Shown piece by piece: positions 20,300-30,087 of a stretch of DNA of 64,000 bases; the first letter of the stretch is position 1; every line of letters begins with the position of its first letter. The notes beneath the pieces were generated by a model, which saw only the letters and a program-made list of their open reading frames with translations, searched no databases and was not told where the DNA came from. A program made the position numbers and the translations under genes. The DNA is from Spirochaetia bacterium. Its GTDB lineage: Bacteria; Spirochaetota; Spirochaetia; SZUA-6; Bin103. Location of the stretch: positions 2,240,001 to 2,304,000 of the forward strand of contig CBDATQ010000001.1 in assembly GCA_965199955.1 (NCBI GenBank), given 5' to 3'.

Positions 20300-20542
20300 A
20301 GCAGGGACCCCTCGCGCCGTCGCGTTCCGACTGCTGTCGGCTCGTCGCCCGGCGAGCGACAGGACGCCTGGATTTCTCTTACCAAGTGTACAAGGTGCGT
20401 GCACCAAGCCGCCGTTGGAGAGGCTGCGGCCCTCAAGGCCGGTCTTTGGCCGGGAGCGAGCCGCCGCGGTAGCGCGCGACGACAGCTCGCTGTCCTCGGC
20501 ACGGTTGGCGGGCGGGCGCCTCCGACCTACTATTGAAGTGCG

Positions 20543-21190
20543 ATGGCTCCGCGGACGTCCACGGCCGAGCGAAGCAACGCGGAGTGGCTCGCGGCGCTCG
20601 CTCCTGAATCGCCGGAACGGTCGGCCGCGATCGCGGATCTTCACCAGATCCTGGTGGCCGGTTTGCGGCGCGGTCTGCTCGGCAGCCGCGGCATGCGGCG
20701 GCGCGAGTTCGCCGAGCAGGCGGAGGATTTCGCCCAGGAGGCGCTGGTCAAGATCCTGGCCAGCCTGGACTCGTTCCGCGAGGAGAGCCGTTTCGTGACC
20801 TGGGCGCACAAGATCGCCATCCGCGTCGCCCTTACAGAGCTGCGCCGCAAGCGCTGGGACGACGTGTCGCTCGACACCCTGCTCGTGTCCTCGGAGGGGG
20901 AGTCGATCCCGCGTGCGCTGGCGGACCCGTCGGTCGGTCCCGAGGCAGCCGCGCAACGCGCGGCCAGCCTGGAACGGGTGCTGCGCTATATCCGCGAGGA
21001 CCTCACCGACAAGCAGCGCACGGCCATGACCGCCGCCATTCTCCGGGGCATGCCGCTGGAGGAGGTCGCGCGGCGCATGTCCATGAATCGCAACGCTCTC
21101 TACAAACTCTTGCACGACGCACGTAAGCGTTTGCGGCGCCGCATGCTCCAAGACGGTATCAGCCCGGACGACATACTGGCGGCATTCTGA
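20543..21190 (+). CDS. ECF RNA polymerase sigma factor
   Basis: AEDFAQEALVKI..FREESRFVTW, region 4 LEEVARRM..YKLLHDARKRL. Confidence 0.9.
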   Translation: MAPRTSTAERSNAEWLAALAPESPERSAAIADLHQILVAGLRRGLLGSRGMRRREFAEQAEDFAQEALVKILASLDSFREESRFVTWAHKIAIRVALTELRRKRWDDVSLDTLLVSSEGESIPRALADPSVGPEAAAQRAASLERVLRYIREDLTDKQRTAMTAAILRGMPLEEVARRMSMNRNALYKLLHDARKRLRRRMLQDGISPDDILAAF

Positions 21191-21220
21191 CGGACCGATG
21201 ACAAGGGAGGAGGGGAAGGA

Positions 21221-21544
21221 ATGCCCGTGCCTAGCGGCGATCCGTATCGCGAGCTGAAGGCCGCGCACGGCCGTCCCGCGCGCCGGCCGCGCCGGGCCGC
21301 AGCGCTGCACGACGAGATGACGCGCCTGGCTCGCGACGCGCTCCGCGCAGCGCTGGACATCACGCGTGACGAGGAGCTGGACTGCGACGAGGTCCACGAC
21401 TTTCTCGACGTGTTCGCCGAGATGCATGCCGCGGGCAAGGACGTGCGCGCTCTGCTGCCGCTGGTGTACCTGCACCTGCAGGCGTGCGGCGACTGTTTCG
21501 AGGAGTTCGAGGCGCTGCGACGCATCGTGGCCGCCGCGCGATGA
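21221..21544 (+). CDS. Small zinc-binding anti-sigma factor (ZAS-like)
   Basis: LDCDEV..HLQACGDC (HxxxCxxC) directly after the ECF gene; start uncertain. Confidence 0.7.
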   Translation: MPVPSGDPYRELKAAHGRPARRPRRAAALHDEMTRLARDALRAALDITRDEELDCDEVHDFLDVFAEMHAAGKDVRALLPLVYLHLQACGDCFEEFEALRRIVAAAR

Positions 21545-22266
21545 CCGCACCCGAGCGACACGTCCGGCTGGTATTGGCAGGCCCCCGCGACGGCCGCAAC
21601 GTCGGTTCGGTGTGCCGGGCGATGAAGACCATGGGGCTGGGCGACCTCTCCATCGTCGCCGGTGACTTCGATCCCGCCGACGCCCGCGCGGCCGCCGTGC
21701 ACGCCGCCGACGTCTTCGATGCCGCGCGGCGACCGGACACGCTTCCGGAGGCGATCGCCGACTGCGACGACGCGATCGCGATCAGCCGGCGCCGCGGCAA
21801 GCGCCGCAAGCAGGCGCCCATGCTGCTCTCCCACCTGTCCGAGCATCTGGCCGCCCGTGGTCCGGGCACCACGGCGCTGGTCTTCGGCACCGAGGCGACC
21901 GGGTTGCGCGACGAGGAGATCGCCTGTTGCACCGGCATGCTGTCCATCCCCACCCATCCCGACTTCCCGTCCCTGAACCTTTCCCACGCCGTCCAGATCG
22001 TCACCTACGAGCTGTTCCGCGCCCGTGGGCGGCACCTCCCCGCCCGCTACTACGAGCCGGTCGCGCTTCCGGAGGTCGATGCCGCCCTGGACCCCTTGCT
22101 CGATCTGCTGGTCGGGATAGACTTCTTTCGCCAGGCCGGTCCGGAGGAGTTGCGCGTGTTCCTCCGCGACATCCTGGCGCGGGCGGCGCTTGCCGCGCCC
22201 GAGTGTGAGCGGTTGCAGACGCTCTTTCACAGCATGCGCGGCATCGTCCTGCACCGCGATGCCTGA
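21541..22266 (+). CDS. TrmJ/TrmH SPOUT RNA methyltransferase
   Basis: NVGSVCRAMKTMG, LVFGTEATGL, SLNLSHAVQIVTYE. Confidence 0.9.
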   Translation: MTAPERHVRLVLAGPRDGRNVGSVCRAMKTMGLGDLSIVAGDFDPADARAAAVHAADVFDAARRPDTLPEAIADCDDAIAISRRRGKRRKQAPMLLSHLSEHLAARGPGTTALVFGTEATGLRDEEIACCTGMLSIPTHPDFPSLNLSHAVQIVTYELFRARGRHLPARYYEPVALPEVDAALDPLLDLLVGIDFFRQAGPEELRVFLRDILARAALAAPECERLQTLFHSMRGIVLHRDA

Positions 22267-22290
22267 CCGTAGCCCGACGGGAGGTCGATC

Positions 22291-23394
22291 ATGCACTACC
22301 GACTCCACGATGCGAGGGAACTGCCCAGCCCGGCACTGCTGATCGACCTGGATCGATTCGACCGCAACGCCGATCGCGTGATCGCCATCGCGGGATCGCC
22401 GGACCGGGTCTGGCCGCACATGAAAACCCAGAAGTCGGCCGACTTGGCGCGCCGGCTGATGCGGCGCGGTTTTTGCCGATTCAAGTGCTCGACCATCGCC
22501 GAGGCGGAAATGCTGGCGTGCGTGGAAGCGCCGGAGGTGCTGGTCGCCTATCAGCTCCTGGGACCGAATCCCGGAAGGCTGGCGGAGCTGGCACGACGCC
22601 ACCCCGGCACCCGGTTCTCGACGCTGGTGGACGACCCCGGCCCTTTGCACGCGGTGTCCGCGGCCGCCGCCGCGGCCGGCGCGACGATCGGCGTCATGCT
22701 CGACGTGGATCTGGGCATGCACCGTACCGGCATCGCACCCGGCGGCGAAGGGGCGATCGCCCTCTACCGGCTGATCGCCGACCTGCCGGGGGTTGAGCCC
22801 GCCGGCCTGCACGGCTACGACGGCCACAACCACCAGCGGAGCCGCGATGAGCGCATCGCCGCCTGCGACCGGGGGACGGCCGCGATCAAGGCCCTGCAGG
22901 CGGCGATCGAGGCGGCCGGCCTGCCGGTGCCGCGCCGCATCATGGGCGGCACGCCCACCTTCGCCTGCCACGCCCGCCACGCGGACGCGGACCTGTCCCC
23001 GGGCACCTGCTTCCTGCACGACCTGGGCTACGCCGACATGCTCCCCGACCTGACCTTCGAGTTCGCCGGGCTGCTGTTCACGCGGGTGCTGAGCGCCTCC
23101 ACCCCCGGGTACGTGACCTTCGACCTGGGCAACAAGGCGATCGCCGCCGATCCGCCGGGCGAGCGCGGCCGCTTCCTTGCGATCGACGGTACGCGCACGC
23201 TGATCCACAACGAGGAGCATTGGCTGTTGGCCGTCGCCCCCGACCTGCGCTTCCGGGTAGGCGAGGAGCACTACGTGATACCCAGGCACGTCTGCCCGTG
23301 CGTGGCCCTGCACCGCCAATTCTACGCGGTCCAGGACGGCCGCGTGCAGGCGACGTACGAGGTGACCGCGCGGGACCGCGCCCTGACCGTCTGA
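22291..23394 (+). CDS. D-threonine aldolase-like PLP enzyme
   Basis: PHMKTQK, GMHRTGI, HGYDGH, EEH, PRHVCPCVAL. Confidence 0.88.
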   Translation: MHYRLHDARELPSPALLIDLDRFDRNADRVIAIAGSPDRVWPHMKTQKSADLARRLMRRGFCRFKCSTIAEAEMLACVEAPEVLVAYQLLGPNPGRLAELARRHPGTRFSTLVDDPGPLHAVSAAAAAAGATIGVMLDVDLGMHRTGIAPGGEGAIALYRLIADLPGVEPAGLHGYDGHNHQRSRDERIAACDRGTAAIKALQAAIEAAGLPVPRRIMGGTPTFACHARHADADLSPGTCFLHDLGYADMLPDLTFEFAGLLFTRVLSASTPGYVTFDLGNKAIAADPPGERGRFLAIDGTRTLIHNEEHWLLAVAPDLRFRVGEEHYVIPRHVCPCVALHRQFYAVQDGRVQATYEVTARDRALTV

Positions 23395-23459
23395 CGCGAG
23401 TCGACGGCGAGCCATGCCTCCCACGTGCCGGCGAGAGCGTCACTCGTCAATCCGCTGCT

Positions 23460-23843
23460 TCAGCGGCTCAAGTGTTCCACGAGGAGCTTGAGCGCTCCGC
23501 CGTGCCGGACCAGCACGCTCGTGCCGCGCCCGACGATGTGGAAGGGACCGTGGTCGCCGACTCCGGACCAGTGGAAGCGGAACGTGACGGTGGCCGAGCC
23601 TGCGTCGACGTGCAGGAGCTCGACGTCGGACAGGCGGTAGCGTTCGTCTTCGATCTCATGGGCCCAGGTGCGCTCGAACGCGCCGCGCGCGGCCTCGATC
23701 CCCCGGTAGTCACCATCGTTGAATCGGAACAGGGCATCGGGGTGGAGCATCGGTGCGACGCGGTCGAAGTCCTGCGTTCCCTGGGCCTTCTCGAAGCGCT
23801 CCAGGAATTCGAGGACTTGCTCTTCCGCGATCTCGTCCGCCAC
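23460..23843 (-). CDS. NTF2/SnoaL-like protein
   Basis: HPDALFRFNDG..GIEAARGAFERTW..GRGTSVL..VEHLS. Confidence 0.75.
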   Translation of the reverse strand: MADEIAEEQVLEFLERFEKAQGTQDFDRVAPMLHPDALFRFNDGDYRGIEAARGAFERTWAHEIEDERYRLSDVELLHVDAGSATVTFRFHWSGVGDHGPFHIVGRGTSVLVRHGGALKLLVEHLSR

Positions 23844-23960
23844 GCTGCCATGGTACCCGGAGGGCAGCGCAGTGTAAGGCGAATTCGCGCTCTCTCCCGA
23901 GTGCCACACCCTCACCGCGCCGGCACCCTGATTCCGCAGTAGGATCGCGGCGTGTACGGA

Positions 23961-26033
23961 ATGTTCGGCGGGGGCGGCGGCCGCGGCGGCATGGGCTACC
24001 TGCTCCGCCACGGGGACGAGCAGGCACGCCCGCAGATCAGCCGAGCGCTGCTGCGCCGCGTGCTCGCCTACGCGCGCCCGTACGTCGGCAGGATTATCCT
24101 GCTGTTCACGAGCATCTGCGCGACCATCGGCCTCGGCCTGCTGACGCCACTGATCGTGCGCGACCTCATCGACACCGCGCTGCCTGCGAAGGACGCGGCG
24201 CGGCTCAACCTGCTGGCCGCCGGCCTGATAGCCATCCCCGTGGCCGGCGCCGTGATCCGCATCTGGCAGCGCAAGCTGGATGCCACGATCGGCTCCGGGA
24301 TCATCCTGGACCTGCGCACGGCGCTGTACTCCCACCTGCAGCGCATGTCGATGCGCTTCTTCACCAGCAACAAGACCGGCGAGCTGATGAGCCGGCTCAA
24401 CAGCGACGTCATCGGCGCCCAGAGCGCGGTCACCAACACCCTGGTGGACGTCACCACCAACCTGATCCAGGTGGCCGGCACGCTGGCGATCATGCTGGCC
24501 CTGGAGTGGCGCCTGACCGTGCTGGGGCTGGCCGTGCTGCCGGTCTTCCTGCTGCTCGGACGCCGCTTCGGCAAGGCGCTGCGCGAGGTGTCCCGGCAGT
24601 CGATGGAGCGCAACGCGCGCATGAACGCCATCATGAGCGAGACGCTGAACATCAGCGGCCTGGTCCTGGTAAAGCTGTTCGGGCGCCGGCAGGAGGAGCA
24701 GCGCCGCTTCGGGGAGCAGGCCGAGGGGGTGCGCCACCTGGCCATCCGCCAGGCCGTGATCGGCAGCCGCTTCTTCGTGCTGATGGGGATCGCCACCGCG
24801 GTCGGCACGGCCGGGGTCTACCTGGTCGGCGGTCATCTGCACATCCGCGGCGGCCTGACCATCGGCACCGTGGTCGCCTTCAGCACGTACCTCGCGCAGC
24901 TCTACGGGCCGCTGCGCTCGCTGAGCAACGTCGTGGTCGTGGTCGCGCAGTCGCTGGTGAGCTTCGAGCGCGTGTTCGAGGTGCTGGACCTGCCGGTCGA
25001 CATCGAGGAGTCGCCGCACGCGCGGCGGCTGGAGCGGGCCGAGGGCAAGCTGGAGTTCCGGGAGGTCAGCTTCCGCTACGAGCGCGATGATCAGCTCCTG
25101 CTCACCGAGGCGCGGCGCGCGGCGCGGGTCGAGGATATGGCGTTCACGGCGAGGGAGGGCGAGCCAGCCTCCGGGGGTCAGCCGGCGCGAGGCGCCCGGC
25201 CCGCCGGCATGGGGCGGGCTGGCAACGGCCCCGGTGCCGGCCGGCAGGGACCGAGGGGCGCGCGCCCGGGTCGCTCCCGCGGGCGCGTGCCGCGACCGGA
25301 ACGGCCGGGCGCGGCGGCCGTTCCGTCTTCGACGCCACAGCACCAGGCGCGCGAGTGGGCGCTGGCCGGCGTGAGCTTCTCCGTGGAACCCGGGCGGAGC
25401 GTGGCGGTGGTAGGGCCGAGCGGCGCCGGCAAGACCACGCTCACCTACCTGATCCCCCGGCTCTACGACCCGACGCGCGGCCACATCCTGCTGGACGGCC
25501 ACGACACACGCGAGCTCACCATGGAGTCGCTGGCCGCCCAGATCGGCATGGTGACCCAGGAGCCCTACCTGTTCCACGACTCGGTGCGCGCCAACCTGCT
25601 GTACGCGGCGCCCGACGCGGACGAAGCGCGCATCGCCGACGCATGCCGCGCCGCCAATATCCACGACTTCATCGCCGCGCTGCCGGCCGGCTACGACACC
25701 GTGATGGGCGAGCGCGGCTACCGTCTCTCGGGCGGCGAGAAGCAGCGGCTGGCCATCGCCCGCGTGATCCTCAAGGACCCGCGCGTGCTGATCCTGGACG
25801 AGGCGACCAGCCACCTGGACACCCGCTCGGAGGCGCTGATCCAGGAGGCCCTGAGCCGCGTCGTGACCGGCCGCACCTCGATCATCATCGCCCACCGGCT
25901 GAGCACGATCCTGGCGGCCGACCTGATCCTGGTGCTGGACCGCGGGCGAATCGTGGAGCGCGGCCCGCACGCCGAGCTCAGCGTGGACGGCGGACTGTAT
26001 CAGCGGCTGTACGAGACCCAGTTCCGGGAGTAA
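23961..26033 (+). CDS. ABC exporter, fused TMD and NBD
   Basis: Six-TM domain, GPSGAGKTT, LSGGEKQR, LDEATS. Confidence 0.93.
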   Translation: MFGGGGGRGGMGYLLRHGDEQARPQISRALLRRVLAYARPYVGRIILLFTSICATIGLGLLTPLIVRDLIDTALPAKDAARLNLLAAGLIAIPVAGAVIRIWQRKLDATIGSGIILDLRTALYSHLQRMSMRFFTSNKTGELMSRLNSDVIGAQSAVTNTLVDVTTNLIQVAGTLAIMLALEWRLTVLGLAVLPVFLLLGRRFGKALREVSRQSMERNARMNAIMSETLNISGLVLVKLFGRRQEEQRRFGEQAEGVRHLAIRQAVIGSRFFVLMGIATAVGTAGVYLVGGHLHIRGGLTIGTVVAFSTYLAQLYGPLRSLSNVVVVVAQSLVSFERVFEVLDLPVDIEESPHARRLERAEGKLEFREVSFRYERDDQLLLTEARRAARVEDMAFTAREGEPASGGQPARGARPAGMGRAGNGPGAGRQGPRGARPGRSRGRVPRPERPGAAAVPSSTPQHQAREWALAGVSFSVEPGRSVAVVGPSGAGKTTLTYLIPRLYDPTRGHILLDGHDTRELTMESLAAQIGMVTQEPYLFHDSVRANLLYAAPDADEARIADACRAANIHDFIAALPAGYDTVMGERGYRLSGGEKQRLAIARVILKDPRVLILDEATSHLDTRSEALIQEALSRVVTGRTSIIIAHRLSTILAADLILVLDRGRIVERGPHAELSVDGGLYQRLYETQFRE

Positions 26034-26110
26034 GATGCACCGGCACGGGCCCTCGACTCGGCGCGAGAGGCCGGACAGAGAAAGAACCAGAGACCAAGAG
26101 GAACAGAGCG

Positions 26111-26986
26111 TTGAGTACGAGTTCACAGTTCGCGGCACCGCGAACCATCGAGGAGGCGACGGCCCTGCTGGCCGAGCACGGCTCGTCGGCCCGCGTGGTG
26201 GCCGGCGCCACCGACCTGATGGTGCAGGTGCGCATCACCGGCTCCTACCCGGAGCACTACGTCGACATCAAGCACATACCGGACGTCAACGTGATCGAGC
26301 TGCAGGCCGACCACCTGCAGCTCGGCGCCGCCGTCCCCTGCGCAGCGCTCGCCGACCGGGACGACGTCCGCGCGGCCTTTCCCGGCCTGGTCGAAGCGTC
26401 GGAGCTGATCGGCTCCACGCAGATCCAGAGCCGCGCCACGCTGGGCGGCAACCTGTGCAACGCCAGCCCCGCCGCCGACACGGTGCCGTCCCTGATGGCG
26501 CTCGACGCGGAGGCGGTGATCGCCGGGCCTGCAGGGACGCGCACGGTCAAGGTCGCCGAGGTGCCGACCGGCCCCGGCTCCACCTCGCTCGCGGCCGGCG
26601 AGATGCTGGTCGCCTTCCGGATCCCGACGCCGCCGGCCGGCTCGTCCGACGCCTACCAGCGGTTCATCCCGCGCACGGAGATGGACATCGCCGTGGTCGG
26701 CGTGGGCGTGAGCGTCGCCCTGGACGCATCCGGCACCTGCACGGCCGCGCGGGTCGCGCTGGGCGCGGTCGCTCCCACGGCATTCATCGCGGAGGAAGCG
26801 GGCGCGGCCCTGGTCGGCACGGACCTTGGCGACGAAGCGCTGGCCGAGGCGGGACGGCGGGCGACCGCCGCGGCACGGCCCATCGGCGACCGCCGCGGCA
26901 CCGCCGAGTTCCGGCACGACGTGACCGAGGTCTTGACCAGACGCACCGCGGCCGTGGCGCGCGACCGCGCGCGGGCGCGCATCTGA
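26111..26986 (+). CDS. Xanthine dehydrogenase-family FAD subunit
   Basis: AGATDLMVQ, GSTQIQSRATLGGNLCNASPAAD; TTG start inferred. Confidence 0.9.
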   Translation: MSTSSQFAAPRTIEEATALLAEHGSSARVVAGATDLMVQVRITGSYPEHYVDIKHIPDVNVIELQADHLQLGAAVPCAALADRDDVRAAFPGLVEASELIGSTQIQSRATLGGNLCNASPAADTVPSLMALDAEAVIAGPAGTRTVKVAEVPTGPGSTSLAAGEMLVAFRIPTPPAGSSDAYQRFIPRTEMDIAVVGVGVSVALDASGTCTAARVALGAVAPTAFIAEEAGAALVGTDLGDEALAEAGRRATAAARPIGDRRGTAEFRHDVTEVLTRRTAAVARDRARARI

Positions 26987-27014
26987 CACGCGAGAGAGAA
27001 GGAACGAGAAGAAG

Positions 27015-27485
27015 ATGGCGAAGATCCACGTAGAGACGACGATCAACGGCGACCCGACGGAGTTCCTGTGCGAGGCGCATCAGAGCCTCTCCGAGGTGCT
27101 GCGCGAGGATCTGCACCTGTTCGGCACCAAGGAGGGCTGCACCACCGGCGACTGCGGGGCGTGCACGGTCGTGATGGACGGCCGCATCGTGTGCTCGTGC
27201 CTGGTCCTGGCCGCCGAAGGGCACGGCAAGAGCATCGACACGATCGAGGGCGTCGCCGACGGCGAGAAGCTGCATCCGCTGCAGGAGGCGTTCCTGGAGA
27301 ACGCGGCGCTGCAGTGCGGCGTGTGCACGCCGGGCTTCATCGTCGCCGCCAGGAACCTGCTGGAGCGCAACCCCGATCCGTCCGAGCAGGAGATACGCTA
27401 CTGGCTGGCCGGCAACCTGTGCCGCTGTACCGGCTACGACAAGATCATCCGCGCGGTGCAGCAGGCCGCAGCGGTAACCGGGTAG
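27015..27485 (+). CDS. Xanthine dehydrogenase-family (2Fe-2S) subunit
   Basis: GTKEGCTTGDCGAC, QCGVCTPG, GNLCRCTGY. Confidence 0.93.
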   Translation: MAKIHVETTINGDPTEFLCEAHQSLSEVLREDLHLFGTKEGCTTGDCGACTVVMDGRIVCSCLVLAAEGHGKSIDTIEGVADGEKLHPLQEAFLENAALQCGVCTPGFIVAARNLLERNPDPSEQEIRYWLAGNLCRCTGYDKIIRAVQQAAAVTG

Positions 27486-27498
27486 GAGGGCAAGAGAC

Positions 27499-29805
27499 AT
27501 GGCAGACACCAACGGCAAGAACGGCTCCCAAGGCAACGGCGCGTACAAGGTCCTGGGAACGCGGCCGGTCCGTCACGACGGGCTGGACAAGGTCACCGGG
27601 CACGCCAACTACGGCGCCGACCTGTCGCTGCCCGGCATGCTGCACGCGAAGTTCGTGCGCAGCCCGCACGCGCACGCCCGGATCCTCTCGATCGACACCT
27701 CGAAGGCGGAGGCGATGCCCGGCGTCAAGGCCGTGGTCACCGGCGCCGACTTCCCGCCGCCGCCAGTCGGCATCGCCGAGTCGGGCGAGACGCCCGCCGA
27801 CTTCTCCGACCTGGCGCGCAACGTGATGGCGCAGGACAAGGCGCTCTATCACGGGCACGCGATCGCCGCCGTGGCGGCGACCACCCTGCGGCAGGCGGAA
27901 GAGGCCGCCAAGGCGGTGGCGGTCGAGTACGATGTGCTGCCACCGGTCCTGGACGTCCGCGACGCCATGCGCGACGACGCGCCGGTACTGCACGAATCGA
28001 TGCGCACCAAGGGCCTGGCCGATCCGCCCGACCGGCCCACGAACATCGCCAGCTACTCCATCTACGAGCTCGGCGACATCGACGCCGGGTTCGCCGAGGC
28101 CGACGTCGTCATCGAGCGCGAGCACACCGTGGAGACCGTCCACCAGGGGTACATCGAGCCGCACGCCGCGGTCGTGCGCACCAGCGAGGACGGCCAGGTG
28201 ACGATCTGGGCCTCCAGCCAGGGCCACTTCATGATCCGCGAGCTGTCCGCGCAGCTCCTGCACATGGACATCTCCCAGATCAAGGTGCTGCCCGCCGAGA
28301 TCGGCGGCGGCTTCGGCGGCAAGACCACCGTCTACCTGGAGCCGGTCGGCATCCTCCTGTCGCGCAAGTCCGACCGGCCGGTGAAGCTGGTCATGACCCG
28401 CGACGAGGTGTTCCGCGCCTCCGGCCCGGCGCCGGCCTCCTACATCCGCTGCAAGCTCGGCGCCAGGAAGGACGGCACGTTGACCGCCGGCTATGCCTAC
28501 ATGGCCTACGAGGCGGGCGCTTTCCCGGGCTCGGCCGTGGGCGCGGGCATGATGGGCATCTTCGCGCCATACGACCTGGCCAACCTCAAGATCGAAGGCT
28601 GGGACGTCTGCGTGAACAAGCCGCGCTCGACCGCCTACCGGGCGCCGGGCGCACCCAACGCCACCTTCTCCGCGGAGACCATCCTGGAGGAGATCGCCGA
28701 GAAGCTCGGTATCGAGTCGCTGGACATCCGGCTGCGCAACGCGGCCGTCGAGGGAATCACCAATGCCACCGGCGTGCAATGGCCGCGCATCGGCCTCGTT
28801 GAGACGCTGGAGGCGGCGCAGGGCCACGAGCACTACAGCGCCCCGCTCGGACCCAACCAGGGCCGCGGCGTCGCCGCCGGCTGGTGGATGAACGCCGGCG
28901 GACTGTCCTCCGCGACACTGCAGATCAACGAAGACGGCACCGCCTCGGTCGGCGAGGGCAGCCCGGACATCGGCGGCTCGCGCGCCGTGATGGCCATGAT
29001 CGTCTCCGAGGAGCTGGGCATCCCGGTCGACAAGGTGCGCCCGCAGGTGGCCGACACCGAGTCGGTCGGCTATACCGGCGTGACCGGCGGCAGCCGCGTC
29101 GCCTACGCCACCGGCTGGGCGGTCACCAACGCCTGCCGCGACGCTATCAAGCAGATGCGCGAGTGCGCGGCCAAGATCTGGGAGGTGGACGCCGACCAGG
29201 TCGAGTGGTCCGACGGCAAGGCAGTTCTCTCAGGCGAGGGCAAGGAGCTGACGCTGAAGGAGATCGTCGCCGAGGCGCACGCCACCGGCGGCATGATCAC
29301 CGCCGCCAGCTCGCTCAACGCGCCGGGCGCGGCGGCCGCCTTCGGCACGCACATCGCCGATGTCGAGGTCGACCCGGAGACGGGCCGCGTGCTGGTCACC
29401 CGCTACACGGTGTGCCAGGACGCCGGCAAGGCACTGCACCCCTCGTACGTGGAGGGACAGATGCAGGGCGGCGCCGTGCAGGGCATCGGCTGGGCAATCA
29501 ACGAGGAGTACGTCTTCAACGACGACGGCGTGATGGAGAACGCCGGCTTCCTGGACTACCGCATGCCGGTGGCCCTGGACCTGCCGATGATCGACACCGT
29601 GATCGTGGAAGTGCCCAATCCCCGCCATCCCTACGGGGTGCGCGGCGTGGGCGAGGTGCCGATCGTGCCGCCGCTCGCGGCGATCGCCAACGCCGTCTAC
29701 GCGGCGGTCGGCGTACGCATGACCGCCTGCCCGATGTCGCCGCCGCGCGTGCTGGCGGAGATCAAGGCCAAGGCCCGCTCTCCGCAGGCTGCGGCGGCCG
29801 GGTAA
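27499..29805 (+). CDS. Xanthine dehydrogenase-family molybdopterin-binding subunit
   Basis: HQGYIEPH, IGGGFGGK, AYRAPG, VEGQMQGG, GVGEVP. Confidence 0.94.
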   Translation: MADTNGKNGSQGNGAYKVLGTRPVRHDGLDKVTGHANYGADLSLPGMLHAKFVRSPHAHARILSIDTSKAEAMPGVKAVVTGADFPPPPVGIAESGETPADFSDLARNVMAQDKALYHGHAIAAVAATTLRQAEEAAKAVAVEYDVLPPVLDVRDAMRDDAPVLHESMRTKGLADPPDRPTNIASYSIYELGDIDAGFAEADVVIEREHTVETVHQGYIEPHAAVVRTSEDGQVTIWASSQGHFMIRELSAQLLHMDISQIKVLPAEIGGGFGGKTTVYLEPVGILLSRKSDRPVKLVMTRDEVFRASGPAPASYIRCKLGARKDGTLTAGYAYMAYEAGAFPGSAVGAGMMGIFAPYDLANLKIEGWDVCVNKPRSTAYRAPGAPNATFSAETILEEIAEKLGIESLDIRLRNAAVEGITNATGVQWPRIGLVETLEAAQGHEHYSAPLGPNQGRGVAAGWWMNAGGLSSATLQINEDGTASVGEGSPDIGGSRAVMAMIVSEELGIPVDKVRPQVADTESVGYTGVTGGSRVAYATGWAVTNACRDAIKQMRECAAKIWEVDADQVEWSDGKAVLSGEGKELTLKEIVAEAHATGGMITAASSLNAPGAAAAFGTHIADVEVDPETGRVLVTRYTVCQDAGKALHPSYVEGQMQGGAVQGIGWAINEEYVFNDDGVMENAGFLDYRMPVALDLPMIDTVIVEVPNPRHPYGVRGVGEVPIVPPLAAIANAVYAAVGVRMTACPMSPPRVLAEIKAKARSPQAAAAG

Positions 29806-29828
29806 GGCCGGGGATCGGGCGTAGCGGC

Positions 29829-30083
29829 GTGCGCGTCGAGATTCCGGCTCGCTTCCGGACCTTTACCGGCGGCGTCGGCGAGGTGGAGAGCTCGGCCACG
29901 ACGGTGCGCGCCCTCATCGACGAGTTGGACACGCAGTTTCCCGGCCTCGGCCGGGAGCTGCGGCTGACGTCGGCCGTGGCCGTGGACGGCGACATCGTCG
30001 CCGACAACATTCGCGCGGCGTCGCTGCGACGGATCGACCAGGCCGAGACGATCCTGTTCGTACCGGCCGTAAGCGGAGGCTGA
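29829..30083 (+). CDS. MoaD/ThiS-like ubiquitin-fold protein
   Basis: VRVEIP..TVRALIDELD.. ending in VSGG. Confidence 0.8.
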   Translation: MRVEIPARFRTFTGGVGEVESSATTVRALIDELDTQFPGLGRELRLTSAVAVDGDIVADNIRAASLRRIDQAETILFVPAVSGG

Positions 30084-30087
30084 CCGC

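Noticed and set aside
20300..20540. Possible ncRNA or gene remnant between vapC and the ECF sigma gene
   Set aside because: No convincing structure, motif or coding signal found by eye.
23460..26138. Very long antisense ORFs (892 aa here; also 36481-39057, 42734-45028, 21100-23424)
   Set aside because: Shadow ORFs opposite well-supported genes in high-GC DNA; only the last 127 aa of this one (NTF2-like) look real.
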